Shown piece by piece: positions 49,081 to 60,170 of a stretch of 64,000 bases of DNA. A model generated the notes under the pieces. That model saw only the letters and a program-made list of their open reading frames with translations. It ran no database searches and had not been told where the DNA came from. Each line of letters begins with the position of its first letter. Position 1 is the first letter of the stretch. This DNA comes from Candidatus Poribacteria bacterium. GTDB lineage: Bacteria; Poribacteria; WGA-4E; WGA-3G. The translations under genes were made by a program, and so were the position numbers. The stretch covers positions 288,001-352,000 of the forward strand of contig CAXXUA010000015.1 in assembly GCA_963663765.2 (NCBI GenBank), read 5' to 3'.

Positions 49081-50268
49081 ATGAAATCGTATAGAGAGAT
49101 CGTAGAGGAGGCAAAAACTGAAATCCCAGAGGTGACTGTTGCTGATGTGAAAGTTGAGCAGGAGCAAGGGAGTGACTTTGTGCTTCTGGATGTACGTGAT
49201 GAGGATGAATATCGGGCTGGATATATTCCAGATGCTGTTCACGTTACCCGCGGAATGTTGGAATTTTCTGTTGAGAATTATATTCCGGACAGGGATAAAA
49301 AGGTTGTGGTTTATTGTGCTGCAGGACTTCGTTCACTGCTTGCAGCAAAATCGCTTCGTGAAATGGGGTATACAGATACTGTATCTATGGCAGGTGGTTA
49401 TCGTGATTGGACAGCAGCTGGGTTACCTACAGCACAAGATAAACCGATGTCACATGAACAACTTGACAGATATAGCAGACATTTTATGTTAACCGAAGTC
49501 GGTGAACAAGGTCAGGCAAAGTTGCTGGATGCAAGGGTTTTACTTGTCGGTGCTGGTGGGTTAGGGTCTCCTGCAGGTGTTTACCTTGGAGCAGCTGGAA
49601 TTGGTCACATGGGTGTTATAGACTCTGATGTGGTGGAGTTAAGCAATCTACAACGCCAGATTCTACACCGCACTGAGGCGGTCGGTACACCAAAGGTTCA
49701 ATCTGCAACAACGACCATAAAATCACTAAATCCGGATGTTGAGATTACACCGTATAACCTTCGTTTGACCGCAGACAATGTTGAAGAGATCTTTTCTGAA
49801 TATGACCTGATTGTTGATGGGTGTGATAACTTTGCTACACGTTTCCTTGTGAATGATGCAGCAGTGTTTATGAATAAACCGATAGTACATGGCAGTATTT
49901 TTCAGTTTGAGGGACAGGTTACTTTGTTTAAACCGAATGAAGGTCCGTGTTACCGATGCATGTATCCGACTCCGCCGCCACCCGGTTTGGTTCCAAGCTG
50001 AAGTGAAGCAGGTGTCCTGGGCGTGCTCCCAGGTGTAATTGGTGTGATGATGGCAACGGAAGCGATTAAGTATATCATCGGTATTGGTGAACCGCTTATT
50101 GGTAGACTTATACTTTATGAAGCACTCAGTATGACCTATCGCGAGATGAAAGTTCCTCGTGATGAGAATTGCCCGATCTGTGGTGAGAATCCGAGTATAA
50201 CAAAACTCATAGACGATTATGATGCGGCTGCGGAGAATCCTGAAACTTTTGCACCCGCTGCTGATTGA
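49081..50268 (+). CDS. moeB: Rhodanese-MoeB/ThiF (E1-like) fusion, probable selenoprotein
   Basis: Rhodanese YCAAGLRS; RYSRH, VGAGGLGSP, SNLQRQ, PCYRC. In-frame TGA 49999-50001 in LVPS*SEAGVLGVLPG (family pattern PSCxEAGVLG); frame continues through CPIC to 50268. Confidence 0.88.
50016..50033 (+). promoter_or_regulatory. Putative SECIS hairpin
   Basis: CCTGGG-cgtgct-CCCAGG, starting 14 nt after the UGA. Confidence 0.65.
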
Positions 50269-50297
50269 TAATAGGTGAATTTCAGTTTAGGAACTTA

Positions 50298-51395
50298 ATG
50301 TCAAAAAATTTAAGTACCCAAGAACCGGAAATACTTAGCTTTTCCGACATCCCGATTGAACCCTTTCCGGACCGAAGCACACGCTGGTTGTTCGAAGACA
50401 AAGAGTACGTCCGGGGCCTGGTAGACATCCTTGCAAGCGAATTGGCGGCGTGTATTGATTTCAGTCGCTTATCGCAAATTAACAGGAGTTTTATACCCGA
50501 CACGTTACGCGAGCAAGAGTCTGATATGGTGTTTACCGCGCCGTTTCAGACTGAATCTGGAACAGATGAGCTGTTAATTTATATCCTCATTGAACATCAA
50601 TCCACGGTTGACCCGATAATGGGTTTCCGGGTGCTGTTTTACATGATGCAGATTTGGGATTTCCAACGTAGAGGATGGGAGTCTGAGAATGTGCCCAAAA
50701 GTCAGTGGCGTTTCCGACCAATCCTCCCAATTGTGTATTATACAGGCGAAAAGCGATGGAGTAACCCACTTACACTTGATGCGATAATAGATATGCCGGA
50801 TGTGCTCGCGAGGTTTGTTCCAAAATTTGATATGCTGTTTCTCAGTGTTAATGATACCGATGTAACGCACCTAAAGGAAACTGACCAGCCATTAGGGTGG
50901 TTGTTAACAGTTCTTCAAAAGGAAAATGCGGACGAGGAAACGCTAATTGATGCATTGCTTGATACGTTTTCACACTTCGACACACTGGAAGAGGAATACG
51001 CACCACAGCGGCGTAAAGCGATGATCTATCTCATCTTGTTCATACTACATCGCCGCCCTCCTGAAGAACACAAAAATTTGATTACACTCATTGATCAGAG
51101 AACACACGATATGGAGGTAGAAACCATGGCACAATCAATCATTGAAATTACCAAAGAAGAAGGTAGAGAAGAAGGAAGAGAAGAAGGTAGAGAAGAAGGA
51201 AGAGAAGAAGGTAGAACACAAGCAAAACGGGAGTCAATCATAAAACTGATACAATCCCGATTTGATGTTCTCCCTGAGGCTGTTGCCACTGAGATTGATT
51301 CGATACAGAGTCTTTCCCACCTCGATTCGATCTTTGATAAAGCATTGACCGCAGAAACAATTGATGAAATTGGGTTGCAAAACAACGACAAGTAA
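50298..51395 (+). CDS. Rpn/YhgA-like recombination-promoting nuclease (PD-(D/E)xK)
   Basis: SFIPDTLREQESDMVF, YILIEHQS and ILPIVYYTG motifs; REEG repeats; internal GGAGG+ATG at 51113/51126. Confidence 0.9.
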   Translation: MSKNLSTQEPEILSFSDIPIEPFPDRSTRWLFEDKEYVRGLVDILASELAACIDFSRLSQINRSFIPDTLREQESDMVFTAPFQTESGTDELLIYILIEHQSTVDPIMGFRVLFYMMQIWDFQRRGWESENVPKSQWRFRPILPIVYYTGEKRWSNPLTLDAIIDMPDVLARFVPKFDMLFLSVNDTDVTHLKETDQPLGWLLTVLQKENADEETLIDALLDTFSHFDTLEEEYAPQRRKAMIYLILFILHRRPPEEHKNLITLIDQRTHDMEVETMAQSIIEITKEEGREEGREEGREEGREEGRTQAKRESIIKLIQSRFDVLPEAVATEIDSIQSLSHLDSIFDKALTAETIDEIGLQNNDK

Positions 51396-51425
51396 TACAA
51401 TTAAATAGTGAAACAGAAGCAGTGG

Positions 51426-51981
51426 ACCTAAAGGAAACTGACCAGCCATTAGGGTGGTTGTTAACAGTTCTTCAAAAGGAAAATGCGGACGAGGAAACGC
51501 TAATTGATGCATTGCTTGATACGTTTTCATACTTCGACACACTGGATGAGGAATACGCACCACAGCGGCGTAAAGCGATGATCTATCTCATCTTGTTCAT
51601 ACTACATCGCCGCCCTCCTGAAGAACACAAAAATTTGATTACACTCATTGATCAGAGAACACACGATATGGAGGTAGAAACCATGGCACAATCAATCATT
51701 GAAATTACCAAAGAAGAAGGTAGAGAAGAAGGTAGAGAAGAAGGTAGAACACAAGCAAAACGGGAGTCAATCATAAAACTGATACAAGAGAAGAAGGTAG
51801 AACACAAGCAAAACGGGAGTCAATCATAAAACTGATACAATCCCGATTTGATGTTCTCCCTGATGCTGTTGCCACTGAGATTGATTCGATACAGAGTCTT
51901 TCCCACCTCGATTCGATCTTTGATAAAGCATTGACCGCAGAAACAATTGATGAAATTGGGTTGCAAAACAACGACAAGTAA
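51426..51981 (+). pseudogene. Tandem duplicate of the 3' half of rpn, frameshifted by a 53-bp internal duplication
   Basis: Near-identical to 50869-51395; two fewer REEG units; 51734-51786 repeated at 51787-51839. Confidence 0.85.
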
Positions 51982-52011
51982 TACTATTAAATAGTGAAAC
52001 AGAAGCAGCGG

Positions 52012-52562
52012 ACCTAAAGGAAACTGACCAGCCATTAGGGTGGTTGTTAACAGTTCTTCAAAAGGAAAATGCTGATATAGAAGCACTAAGCAAAGCCTTG
52101 TTTGATGCGGTGCCGCACGTTAAACATCTACGTAAGATGATCGCTTATTTGGTCTTGTTAATTTTACATCGGCGACCTGCTGAAGAACATAAGGACTTAA
52201 TACGACTTGTTGAACAACAGTCACACAATATAAAGGTAGAAAATATGGCAAGAACAATGGCAGAAGTTCTCATAGAACAAGGCTTTGTAGAAGGCTATGC
52301 AAAAACCATAGCTGAAAGTGTAGCAAAGGGTATAGAACCAAATTTAGCACATGGTGTAAAGCTTGGCATAGAGCAAGGTAAAATCTTAGCAAAACAGGAA
52401 AACATTATCAAAGTACTATACTCCCGATTTAGTGCTATTCCTGATCCTGTTAGAAGCAAGATTCACTTGATACATGACATTGCTCGCCTTGATACTATTT
52501 TTGACAAAGCATTGACCGCAGAAACAATTGATGAAATCAAGCTGCAAAACGACGATAGTTAA
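52012..52562 (+). CDS. Variant Rpn C-terminal cassette (RpnS-like ORF from ATG 52245)
   Basis: First 61 bp identical to 50869 and 51426; divergent middle; conserved FDKALTAETIDEI end; AAGG before MARTMAE. Confidence 0.7.
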
Positions 52563-52612
52563 CAGTTTGCGTAAGTACTATGGACGTACTTTAAAAGAGA
52601 GGAAGCCTGTCT

Positions 52613-55288
52613 ATGCCGAAAAAACCTATTAACCATTATGAACATACCGACAAACTACCCAATAACCCGACCCAAGAACTGAGCGGTTTTGCTGAAAACG
52701 ATGACTTTGCACCGACACGATACCCGCGCGATGTTGCACTTGACCCGCAATTAGTTTGGAAAGGCAAAGACCAACAGAACGATGCCGATCTTGAGGTGCC
52801 AGCAGTCCCTATCTACATTTAGGAACATATTCAACCGCAAGCTATTAGTGAAGTACTTCGCGCACAACAACAGAAAGAATCGGAACAAATCGGAACGCTT
52901 TTTGAAGGATTCAACGACCTTGACTTTGAGCAGAAAATTGAGTTTTACCAACACGAACAGAACTGGCATAACCGCTTTATCCTTGGCGATTCACTTGCTG
53001 TGATGAACTCTCTCGCCGAAAAAGAGGGATTTAAAAATAGTGTGCAAACTATCTTTTTTGACCCGCCTTATGGTATCAAATTTAGCAGTAATTGGCAGGT
53101 TAGCACCCGAAAACGTGAAGTCAGCGATACAAAAGCAGAAGACGTTACGCCACAACCCGAACAAATTAAAGCATTTCGGGATACATGGAAAAACGGCATC
53201 AACTCTTACCTCACCTATTTACGTGATCGACTTACAATTGCCCGTGAATTGCTCGCGGATAGTGGTAGTATCTTTATCCAAATTAGTGATGAGAACGTTC
53301 ATTTTGTTAGGTGCTTGTTAGATGAAGTGTTCGGAGATACCAATTTTGTTAACACAATCACCTGGACTCGAGGTGGAATGACTTCTTCAGAAGGGTTAGC
53401 TGCAATCTCTGATTATCTGTTATGGTATGCAAAAGACAAAGAACAAATGAAGTACCGTCCTCTTTGGATAAAGTGGGATGAACACACACCAGACCCACTC
53501 TTAAGACATCACACACAAGTTGAATTTCCAGATGGAACACGGCGCAGAATGACGCAAGCAGAAAAAGAAAATCCAGCGTTATTGCCTCAGGGAATAAAGC
53601 GATTTCGAGAATCTCAAGCAACATCACAGACTGCTGGTAGTGCCACCTTTGAGTATGAATTTGAAGGTAATATTTTTATACCTCCCCGTGGAAGAGGTTG
53701 GGCATCAAACCGTGAAGGACTAAACCTTCTTGCTAAGCAGGGAAGACTTGTCAAATCAGGACAGAGAATCAATTACATTCGATACGCTGGCGATTTTCCG
53801 GGACGTGCTATGACCAACATGTGGACAGATACCTCACGTGGAGGTTCTGGAAAAACCTACATTGTAGAGACAAACCCGACAGTTATCCAAAGGTGCATGC
53901 TCATGACAACAGATCCAGGGGACTTAGTCCTCGATCCAACTTGTGGCAGCGGCACAACCGCTTATGTCGCAGAACAGTGGGGAAGACGTTGGATAACAGT
54001 AGATACTTCAAAGGTAGCACTTGCGTTGGCACGTACCCGCCTCATGTCTGCCAAATATCCTTACTATCGCCTTCAAGATGCAGACGACATCAAGAAGGGA
54101 TTTGCCTATAAAACTGCACCGTATGTTAGTCTTTCAGATATGGCAAATAACACAGAGATTGACGACATCCATGCAGAATACGCAGAGAAATTAGATCCGC
54201 TCCGTGCCGAAATGAATCGCCTTCTTGAACAAAATTGGGAAGAGTGGGAGGTACCAACTGAAACCGATACGGAATGGGATACGGAATTTCAGGAACTTCA
54301 TCGTAAATGGCTTGTCCTCAAACGCGAACGACAATTAGCGATGGATGCCTCCACTGCAAAACGCGCCAAAAGTGAGACACTTTACGATCAACCTTATGTG
54401 GATAGAAAACGGGTTCGCGTCACAGGTCCATTCACGGTAGAGAGTTTATCCCCGAATTTTGCTCTTGAGCAAACCGATGCAGAATCCCAAACGTCAATAT
54501 CTTCTGAGAGTGTACAAGAGTATCACCAACATATCATAGAACATCTCAGAACAGCGGGCATACAAAGTGGTTTCAAAGATCAAGGTATCAATTTTGACTG
54601 GATAGAAGAATATCCAGGCGAATGGGTTCATGCTGAAGGCATGTGGGTTGACAAAGAGGAAAAACAACATCACATTGCTATCAGCATTGGTCCACAGTAT
54701 GATACGGTGGGTAAACAGTGGATACGTGAAGCAGCGAAGGAGGCTGTCCGAAAAATCGCAGAATATGACCTACTTATTGTGGCGGGAATCACATTTGAAT
54801 GTTATACTGCTAATGAGGTATCACGAATTGGCCAATTGCCGATACTGCCAGTCAAAATTAGTCCTGAGTTAATGGTGCGTGAACTCAAAAACACGGGTGA
54901 GGGCAATCTGTTTATGGTGTTCGGCGAACCGGATGTGGACATTGTAGAGAATAAAGATGGCACAATCTCTGTTAAACTCTTGGGTGTGGATGTATACGAT
55001 CCTGTGAAGGGGTTACTCCGTTCGGAAACGCCAGAGGACATCGCGTGTTGGTTCATTGATACCGCTTACAACGGCGAGGCGTTTATCGTGCGGCATGCAT
55101 ATTTTACGGGTGAAAACGAACCTTACAAGCAGCTGCAAAAAGCACTCAAAGCAGAAATTAACGAGGAGGCGTGGGTGGCACTATATCGGACAGAAAGCAT
55201 CCCATTTACCAAGCCTGAGTCTGGTAAAATTGCAGTGAAGGTTATCAATCATTATGGTGACGAGGTGATGAAAGAGTATAAGGTTTAG
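52613..55288 (+). pseudogene. Type III-like DNA methyltransferase (Mod) with in-frame TAG at 52820-52822
   Basis: 52613-52822 and 53000-55288 are in one frame (VPIYI*EHIQPQ...WHNRFILGDSL); DPPY precedes DPTCGSGTT (beta-class order). Confidence 0.85.
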
Positions 55289-55316
55289 ACAAATAGCGTC
55301 AACACGGAGAGAGAAA

Positions 55317-56678
55317 ATGATTACACACATACGAATGAAAAACTTCAAGTCGTGGAAAGATAGCGGTGAAGTTCAACTTGCGCCGTTGACAGGCTTTTTC
55401 GGTACAAATAGTTCTGGGAAGAGTAGTTTGTTGCAAATGCTGCTACTGCTTAAGCAGACAACGGAGCAGGAGAATACCGAAGAAGTTATCTTCTTTGGAA
55501 ACAACGGCTCTTATGTCAATTTAGGTAATTTCCATGAAGTGATTCACGGTCATAGTCAAGAAAATCATCTTGAGTTGGAGTTTGGATATAAACTTCACAA
55601 GACTTATAGTCTTCGATGGAATGTAACGGATAAAGAACCGTGGGAATCAAGAATAGATCGGTTTGCATTTAATACAGTGATTTCTAAAGCAAATGGGAAA
55701 GTAGATGTAAAGAACTTTTCATATGCTGATTCTTCCGGAAGTTGGAAAATTGCCTGGTACATTAAGGAAATAAAGAGATCGGTATATGGCGGTCCCTTAT
55801 TCATTAACGAAGATAGTTTAGGATACGGACAAGTGACAAACTGCTACGGTACTCCAACAACAAAGGATATAGGCTCGTATCAAAGACCAGAGAAAGAATA
55901 TATAAAATTTTTCTCACAACTTTTTGAAAAATTGTTTTTGAATCTATATTATCTTGGACCAACTCGTGTGGATCCACGACGAGACTATAATTGGCAAGGT
56001 ATGCATCCTGAGCATTCTGATCGATGGGGAGATAAAACAATTGACGCGCTTCTCTCTGCGCGTGTGCGAAATTTGAAAACCTCTCATAAGAAAGAAGATG
56101 TTCCAATTGAGGGAAGAATTTCAGATTGGTTACAAAAGATGGACTTAGCCCATTCGTTCTCGCTTAATTGGATAGAAGCACAGGGCAGCAAAACCTATGA
56201 AGTCCGTATCCAAAAAACTCAATCAAGTCCACTTGTTACATTAGTTGATATGGGTTACGGTTTATCTCAATTCTTACCAGTGTTAGTCCTTTGCTACTAT
56301 GCACCAGAAGGTTCAACCTTAATTTTGGAACAACCCGGTATTCACCTTCATCCAATGGTTCAATCCCAACTTGCGGATCTGCTGATAGAGGTTGTCAACG
56401 AAAGGAACCTGCAGATTTTGGTGGAAAGCCACAGTGAACATCTGTTAACTCGTTTACAAAGACGAATCGTCGAAGAAAAGATTGCTGCAGATCAGACTGC
56501 ATTCTATTTTTGCCGTAACAATGATGGTGCTTCCACTATTGAAAAATTAGATGTAGACGAAGCGTCTGGGGATATCAAGAACTGGCCAGAAAACTTTTTC
56601 GGTGATGTGATGGGTGATATGTTTGCGATGACAGACAAACAGGTCGAAAGCATAGCAGAAAAGAGAACGGAGGGTTAA
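55317..56678 (+). CDS. ABC-type (AAA_21-like) ATPase with DUF3696-like C-terminus, copy 1
   Basis: GTNSSGKS, GYGLSQ, LILEQPGIHLHP, ESHSEH and NWPENFF motifs. Confidence 0.88.
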   Translation: MITHIRMKNFKSWKDSGEVQLAPLTGFFGTNSSGKSSLLQMLLLLKQTTEQENTEEVIFFGNNGSYVNLGNFHEVIHGHSQENHLELEFGYKLHKTYSLRWNVTDKEPWESRIDRFAFNTVISKANGKVDVKNFSYADSSGSWKIAWYIKEIKRSVYGGPLFINEDSLGYGQVTNCYGTPTTKDIGSYQRPEKEYIKFFSQLFEKLFLNLYYLGPTRVDPRRDYNWQGMHPEHSDRWGDKTIDALLSARVRNLKTSHKKEDVPIEGRISDWLQKMDLAHSFSLNWIEAQGSKTYEVRIQKTQSSPLVTLVDMGYGLSQFLPVLVLCYYAPEGSTLILEQPGIHLHPMVQSQLADLLIEVVNERNLQILVESHSEHLLTRLQRRIVEEKIAADQTAFYFCRNNDGASTIEKLDVDEASGDIKNWPENFFGDVMGDMFAMTDKQVESIAEKRTEG

Positions 56679-57196
56679 TGGACGCAGTTGTGATTGATAC
56701 GAACGTTTTAGTAGTCGCAAATGGCAAGGCTGCTGCGCCGCAGGCATCCGATAAATGCATCAAACTCTGTCGCGCAAAGCTTGCAGCAATACTTAGAAGT
56801 TCCGAGAAGATATTACTTGATGACAAAAAGCGAATAATTCGAGAGTACAGAAGGAACCTAAATGACAAAGGACGTGGACACGGAGATCGGTTTTGGCTGG
56901 AATTAAAAAGAAGATTTTATAATCCTAAAAGTTATCCTGATACGGTTGTCACGGTTGAAATTACCACGTTAGCAGGAAACGGCACTGAATTTGAGGAATT
57001 TCCTAATGATGACGCGGCACTAAGCGATTTTCATAAAAAAGATAAAAAATTTGTTGCTGTTGCCATTGTTTACCAACGCGACTTTGAAGATGAAGCACCT
57101 ATCCTAAAAGCAGAAGATAGGGGTTGGGATGAATTTAAAACCGCCCTGGCTGCTCATCGTGTTTACGTTCATGCTATCTGTGAGGACAACACCTAA
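56678..57196 (+). CDS. PIN-domain protein, copy 1
   Basis: VVIDTNVLVVAN, EY, DKKFVAVA and EDRGW acidic positions; start overlaps the ATPase stop. Confidence 0.75.
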   Translation: MDAVVIDTNVLVVANGKAAAPQASDKCIKLCRAKLAAILRSSEKILLDDKKRIIREYRRNLNDKGRGHGDRFWLELKRRFYNPKSYPDTVVTVEITTLAGNGTEFEEFPNDDAALSDFHKKDKKFVAVAIVYQRDFEDEAPILKAEDRGWDEFKTALAAHRVYVHAICEDNT

Positions 57197-57333
57197 AGAC
57201 CTTTTGATATAAGATAACGTTGGAACACTGTTATGCAGAGACCTATAAAAAATCTTGCACCGTGTGCTAAATGTGCGTCTATCCTACTTAATTGTCTGAA
57301 TCGCGAATTATACCGATCATGAGGAAAGGAAAA

Positions 57334-58656
57334 ATGATTACACATATACGAATGAAAAACTTCAAGTCGTGGAAAGATAGCGGTGAGGTTCAACTTGCCC
57401 CGTTGACGGGCTTTTTCGGGACAAATAGTTCTGGGAAGAGCAGTCTGTTGCAGATGCTGTTATTGCTTAAGCAGACAACGGAGCAGGAGGATGCGGAAGA
57501 AGTTATCTTCTTCGGTAATGAAAATTCCCTTGTCAATCTTGGTTATTTCCATGAAGTTATTCATGGGCATCAAGAGGATGAAGAACTTGAGTTAGAGTTT
57601 GGGTGTAAATTCCCAGAATCAATGACAATCAGAATCACCCAATATAGGCTGGAGCCAGATGAAGTTAAATTTGATTCTTTCAATTTTGAGACTACTATCA
57701 AGAAATATGGTAATTCACAGGATGTCAATCGTATTTGTTACGATATCGGAGGAAAGGGAATTAATAAAATAAAGTTAGAAGGTAACGAAATTTCCTATTG
57801 TGGCAAACGCCTCTTCACGGGTACTTATAAAAACTGCTATAGTATAGAAGAGACAACGCAAGCTTTTCCAGGTTCAAACGAATCATTTTACTTGCTTTCG
57901 TCTAAATTTGAGGAGCTTTTTTCACATGTTTTTTATCTGGGACCAACCCGCAAACATCCACAACGCTACTATCATTGGGAGGGTGATTTTCCTGAAACTC
58001 CCGGACAGTGGGGTGGTCAGACAATTGATGCTCTTCTCTCCGCTCGTATAGATCAGCGAACGACCCCTTATAAAGCAAAAAATGTCCCAATTGAGGAACG
58101 AATCTCAGCATGGTTGCAAAAAATGGAATTAGCGTACGCCTTTGAATTTGCACGGAGCGGTCCACGGGATAACAAAAACTATGAATTCCGAATCCAAAGG
58201 GGGCCGAAAAGTATTAAAGTGACATTGGCAGACATAGGTTATGGAGTTGCACAATTTCTTCCTGTTCTGGTTCTGAGTTATTATGTTCCGATCGGATCCA
58301 CGCTGATCCTTGAAGAACCTGGGACTCATCTTCATCCCAAAGCACAAGCTGACATCGCAGATCTCTTGATAGAGGTTGTCAATGAACGGAAACTACAGAT
58401 TTTAGTAGAAAGCCATAGTGAACACCTGTTAACTCGCCTGCAACGAAGAATTGCAGAAGAAAAGATTAGCAGTGAACAAACTGCCCTCTATTTTTGTCGG
58501 AACAATGAAGGCGTTTCTAATATTGAACGTTTAGAAATGGATGAATTTGGTAACATAGAAAACTGGCCAGAAAACTTTTTTGGCAATGAGATGGGAGATC
58601 TGTTCGCAATGACTGATGCGCAAAGGGAACGTCAAAAGAGTGCGGAGGGTGAATGA
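57334..58656 (+). CDS. ABC-type ATPase with DUF3696-like C-terminus, copy 2
   Basis: First ~50 aa identical to copy 1; LILEEPGTHLHP and ESHSEH motifs. Confidence 0.88.
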   Translation: MITHIRMKNFKSWKDSGEVQLAPLTGFFGTNSSGKSSLLQMLLLLKQTTEQEDAEEVIFFGNENSLVNLGYFHEVIHGHQEDEELELEFGCKFPESMTIRITQYRLEPDEVKFDSFNFETTIKKYGNSQDVNRICYDIGGKGINKIKLEGNEISYCGKRLFTGTYKNCYSIEETTQAFPGSNESFYLLSSKFEELFSHVFYLGPTRKHPQRYYHWEGDFPETPGQWGGQTIDALLSARIDQRTTPYKAKNVPIEERISAWLQKMELAYAFEFARSGPRDNKNYEFRIQRGPKSIKVTLADIGYGVAQFLPVLVLSYYVPIGSTLILEEPGTHLHPKAQADIADLLIEVVNERKLQILVESHSEHLLTRLQRRIAEEKISSEQTALYFCRNNEGVSNIERLEMDEFGNIENWPENFFGNEMGDLFAMTDAQRERQKSAEGE

Positions 58657-58855
58657 ACGCTGTTATTGTAGATACGAATGTAATCGTGATTGCAAATGGT
58701 GTTGCACAACATGCCTCTGCAGACTGTATAGAACGTTGTCAGGATAGACTTGAGCAGATTTTCAACCATCATGAAATCGTTGTTGTTGACGACAGATGGC
58801 GAATTCTTGGGGAGTACAATCGTCATACAGACCCAAACTCCCGAAAAGGAATTGG

Positions 58856-60170
58856 CAGGGTTATTTAGTTTTAAAAACTCTCAGTTATCAAGTTAACTGC
58901 GAGTTTAGGTTTTGAAGCTAAGTATTTTATCTCATCTGCTATACGCGTTATCCCAGCAAATCGCAACACTGCTAATGCTGTATTTCGCAAAGCAGCCATG
59001 ATTTGTGGAATAGCACCGCATCGGACAGACGATGCGTCTTCTCCAAGTTGTGTATCACGCATCCAATGCGACTTGTTCTCTATTGACCAATGCCCACGGC
59101 GTAGCTCAAGTAAACGTTGGGCAGAAGTTTCTTCGGGTGTCAGACTTGTAATACCATAATGGATTTTGGTTTTTTCTTCTCCTGTTTTCGTATTTTTGTA
59201 AGTATAACGATATTGGAACACTTGTGCTATACCTGGCCAATCCAGATATGCGTTGAGACTTGTGCTTGCTTTCAAACACCTTGTCTCTATTCTACCATGT
59301 GATTTTTCAGAAGTCTCGTGAGTGTAAATAGGGGCTCCCAATTTAGGATGTGGTGTGTTATCAGAAAGCGTGTCTGGAACGTCTTGAAAGAGTTTTTGGA
59401 TCTCATCGTAAAGGTCCGGTTGGTTCTTTTTGACAGGGAGCACATAGTCTCCATTACCCTCTATGATGGCGTGGCAGAAAGGTCGCTGTGTCAAAAGTGC
59501 GTCTGTTGTGATGACTTTACCACTCACATCAAAGTTTTTGAGGATCTCTGTTGAGATCGGTATTTCGTTGGTTTTATCACTGACACCTTTTTGTGTAAGT
59601 GTGACGCCTAACTCATGAGACACAACAGAGAGTAAATGGCTTATTGTCGCACCACTTTTCTTACTGGCACGCATCGTTTTACCGTCTATAGCGACTGCGT
59701 CAAGACAACCTTCTAAATCAGGTCGACTTTGACAAACGTCTTCTACCCAGTCTGTAAATGTCTTTTCAACAGCATCAGCATCTAAATCTTTTAGAACATT
59801 ATGTATTGTTGCGGGACAAGGTGTTTTCTTGTGTGTAAAACCGAGTGTTCTTGCGAGGTCTGGTTGGGTTCGGGCCCAAGTTGCGATGGATGTATATCCT
59901 TTATGTCCAGTCATAAAACCAATAATGTTAAGTCCGATGATTGATTTCAATGGGTGTCGTTTTCCTTTATTGTTGCGCGGGTCTTGGATTTCTGCTAATC
60001 TATCTAACAAGTGTCGAGAGTTTTTCTCTGGCATTTTTCACCTCAAAGGTAAGATTTTTTAGGTGAAGTATAGCAGATATAGCGCGATAAATCACGCTAT
60101 ATCTGCATATCCAAAAATATTAACGATTGTGATAAAAAACAACCAAAACTCCTAAAACTAAATAACCCTG
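58856..60170 (-). mobile_element. ISAs1-family insertion sequence
   Basis: Perfect 18-bp TIRs CAGGGTTATTTAGTTTTA / TAAAACTAAATAACCCTG; 9-bp TSD AGGAATTGG (58847-58855, 60171-60179). Confidence 0.95.
58871..60034 (-). CDS. ISAs1-family transposase
   Basis: DPR, AIDGKT, KTNEI, TTDAL, VKKNQ, HGRIETR and HWSIENKSHW motifs. Confidence 0.95.
   Translation of the reverse strand: MPEKNSRHLLDRLAEIQDPRNNKGKRHPLKSIIGLNIIGFMTGHKGYTSIATWARTQPDLARTLGFTHKKTPCPATIHNVLKDLDADAVEKTFTDWVEDVCQSRPDLEGCLDAVAIDGKTMRASKKSGATISHLLSVVSHELGVTLTQKGVSDKTNEIPISTEILKNFDVSGKVITTDALLTQRPFCHAIIEGNGDYVLPVKKNQPDLYDEIQKLFQDVPDTLSDNTPHPKLGAPIYTHETSEKSHGRIETRCLKASTSLNAYLDWPGIAQVFQYRYTYKNTKTGEEKTKIHYGITSLTPEETSAQRLLELRRGHWSIENKSHWMRDTQLGEDASSVRCGAIPQIMAALRNTALAVLRFAGITRIADEIKYLASKPKLAVNLITESF

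Noticed and set aside
50869-52562. Diversity-generating retroelement (template/variable repeat pair)
   Set aside because: Differences between copies are not adenine-specific and there is no reverse transcriptase in the window.
52820-52822. Pyrrolysine or programmed amber recoding in mod
   Set aside because: Single instance at a non-catalytic position, no pyl genes in the window, and TAG is a normal stop elsewhere (3933, 4979, 6610).
7706-58656. Genome-wide UGA reassignment (genetic code 4 or 25)
   Set aside because: TGA ends several complete genes (8809, 15541, 19145, 47795, 58656) and Trp is encoded by TGG; readthrough candidates occur only at Cys positions with hairpins.
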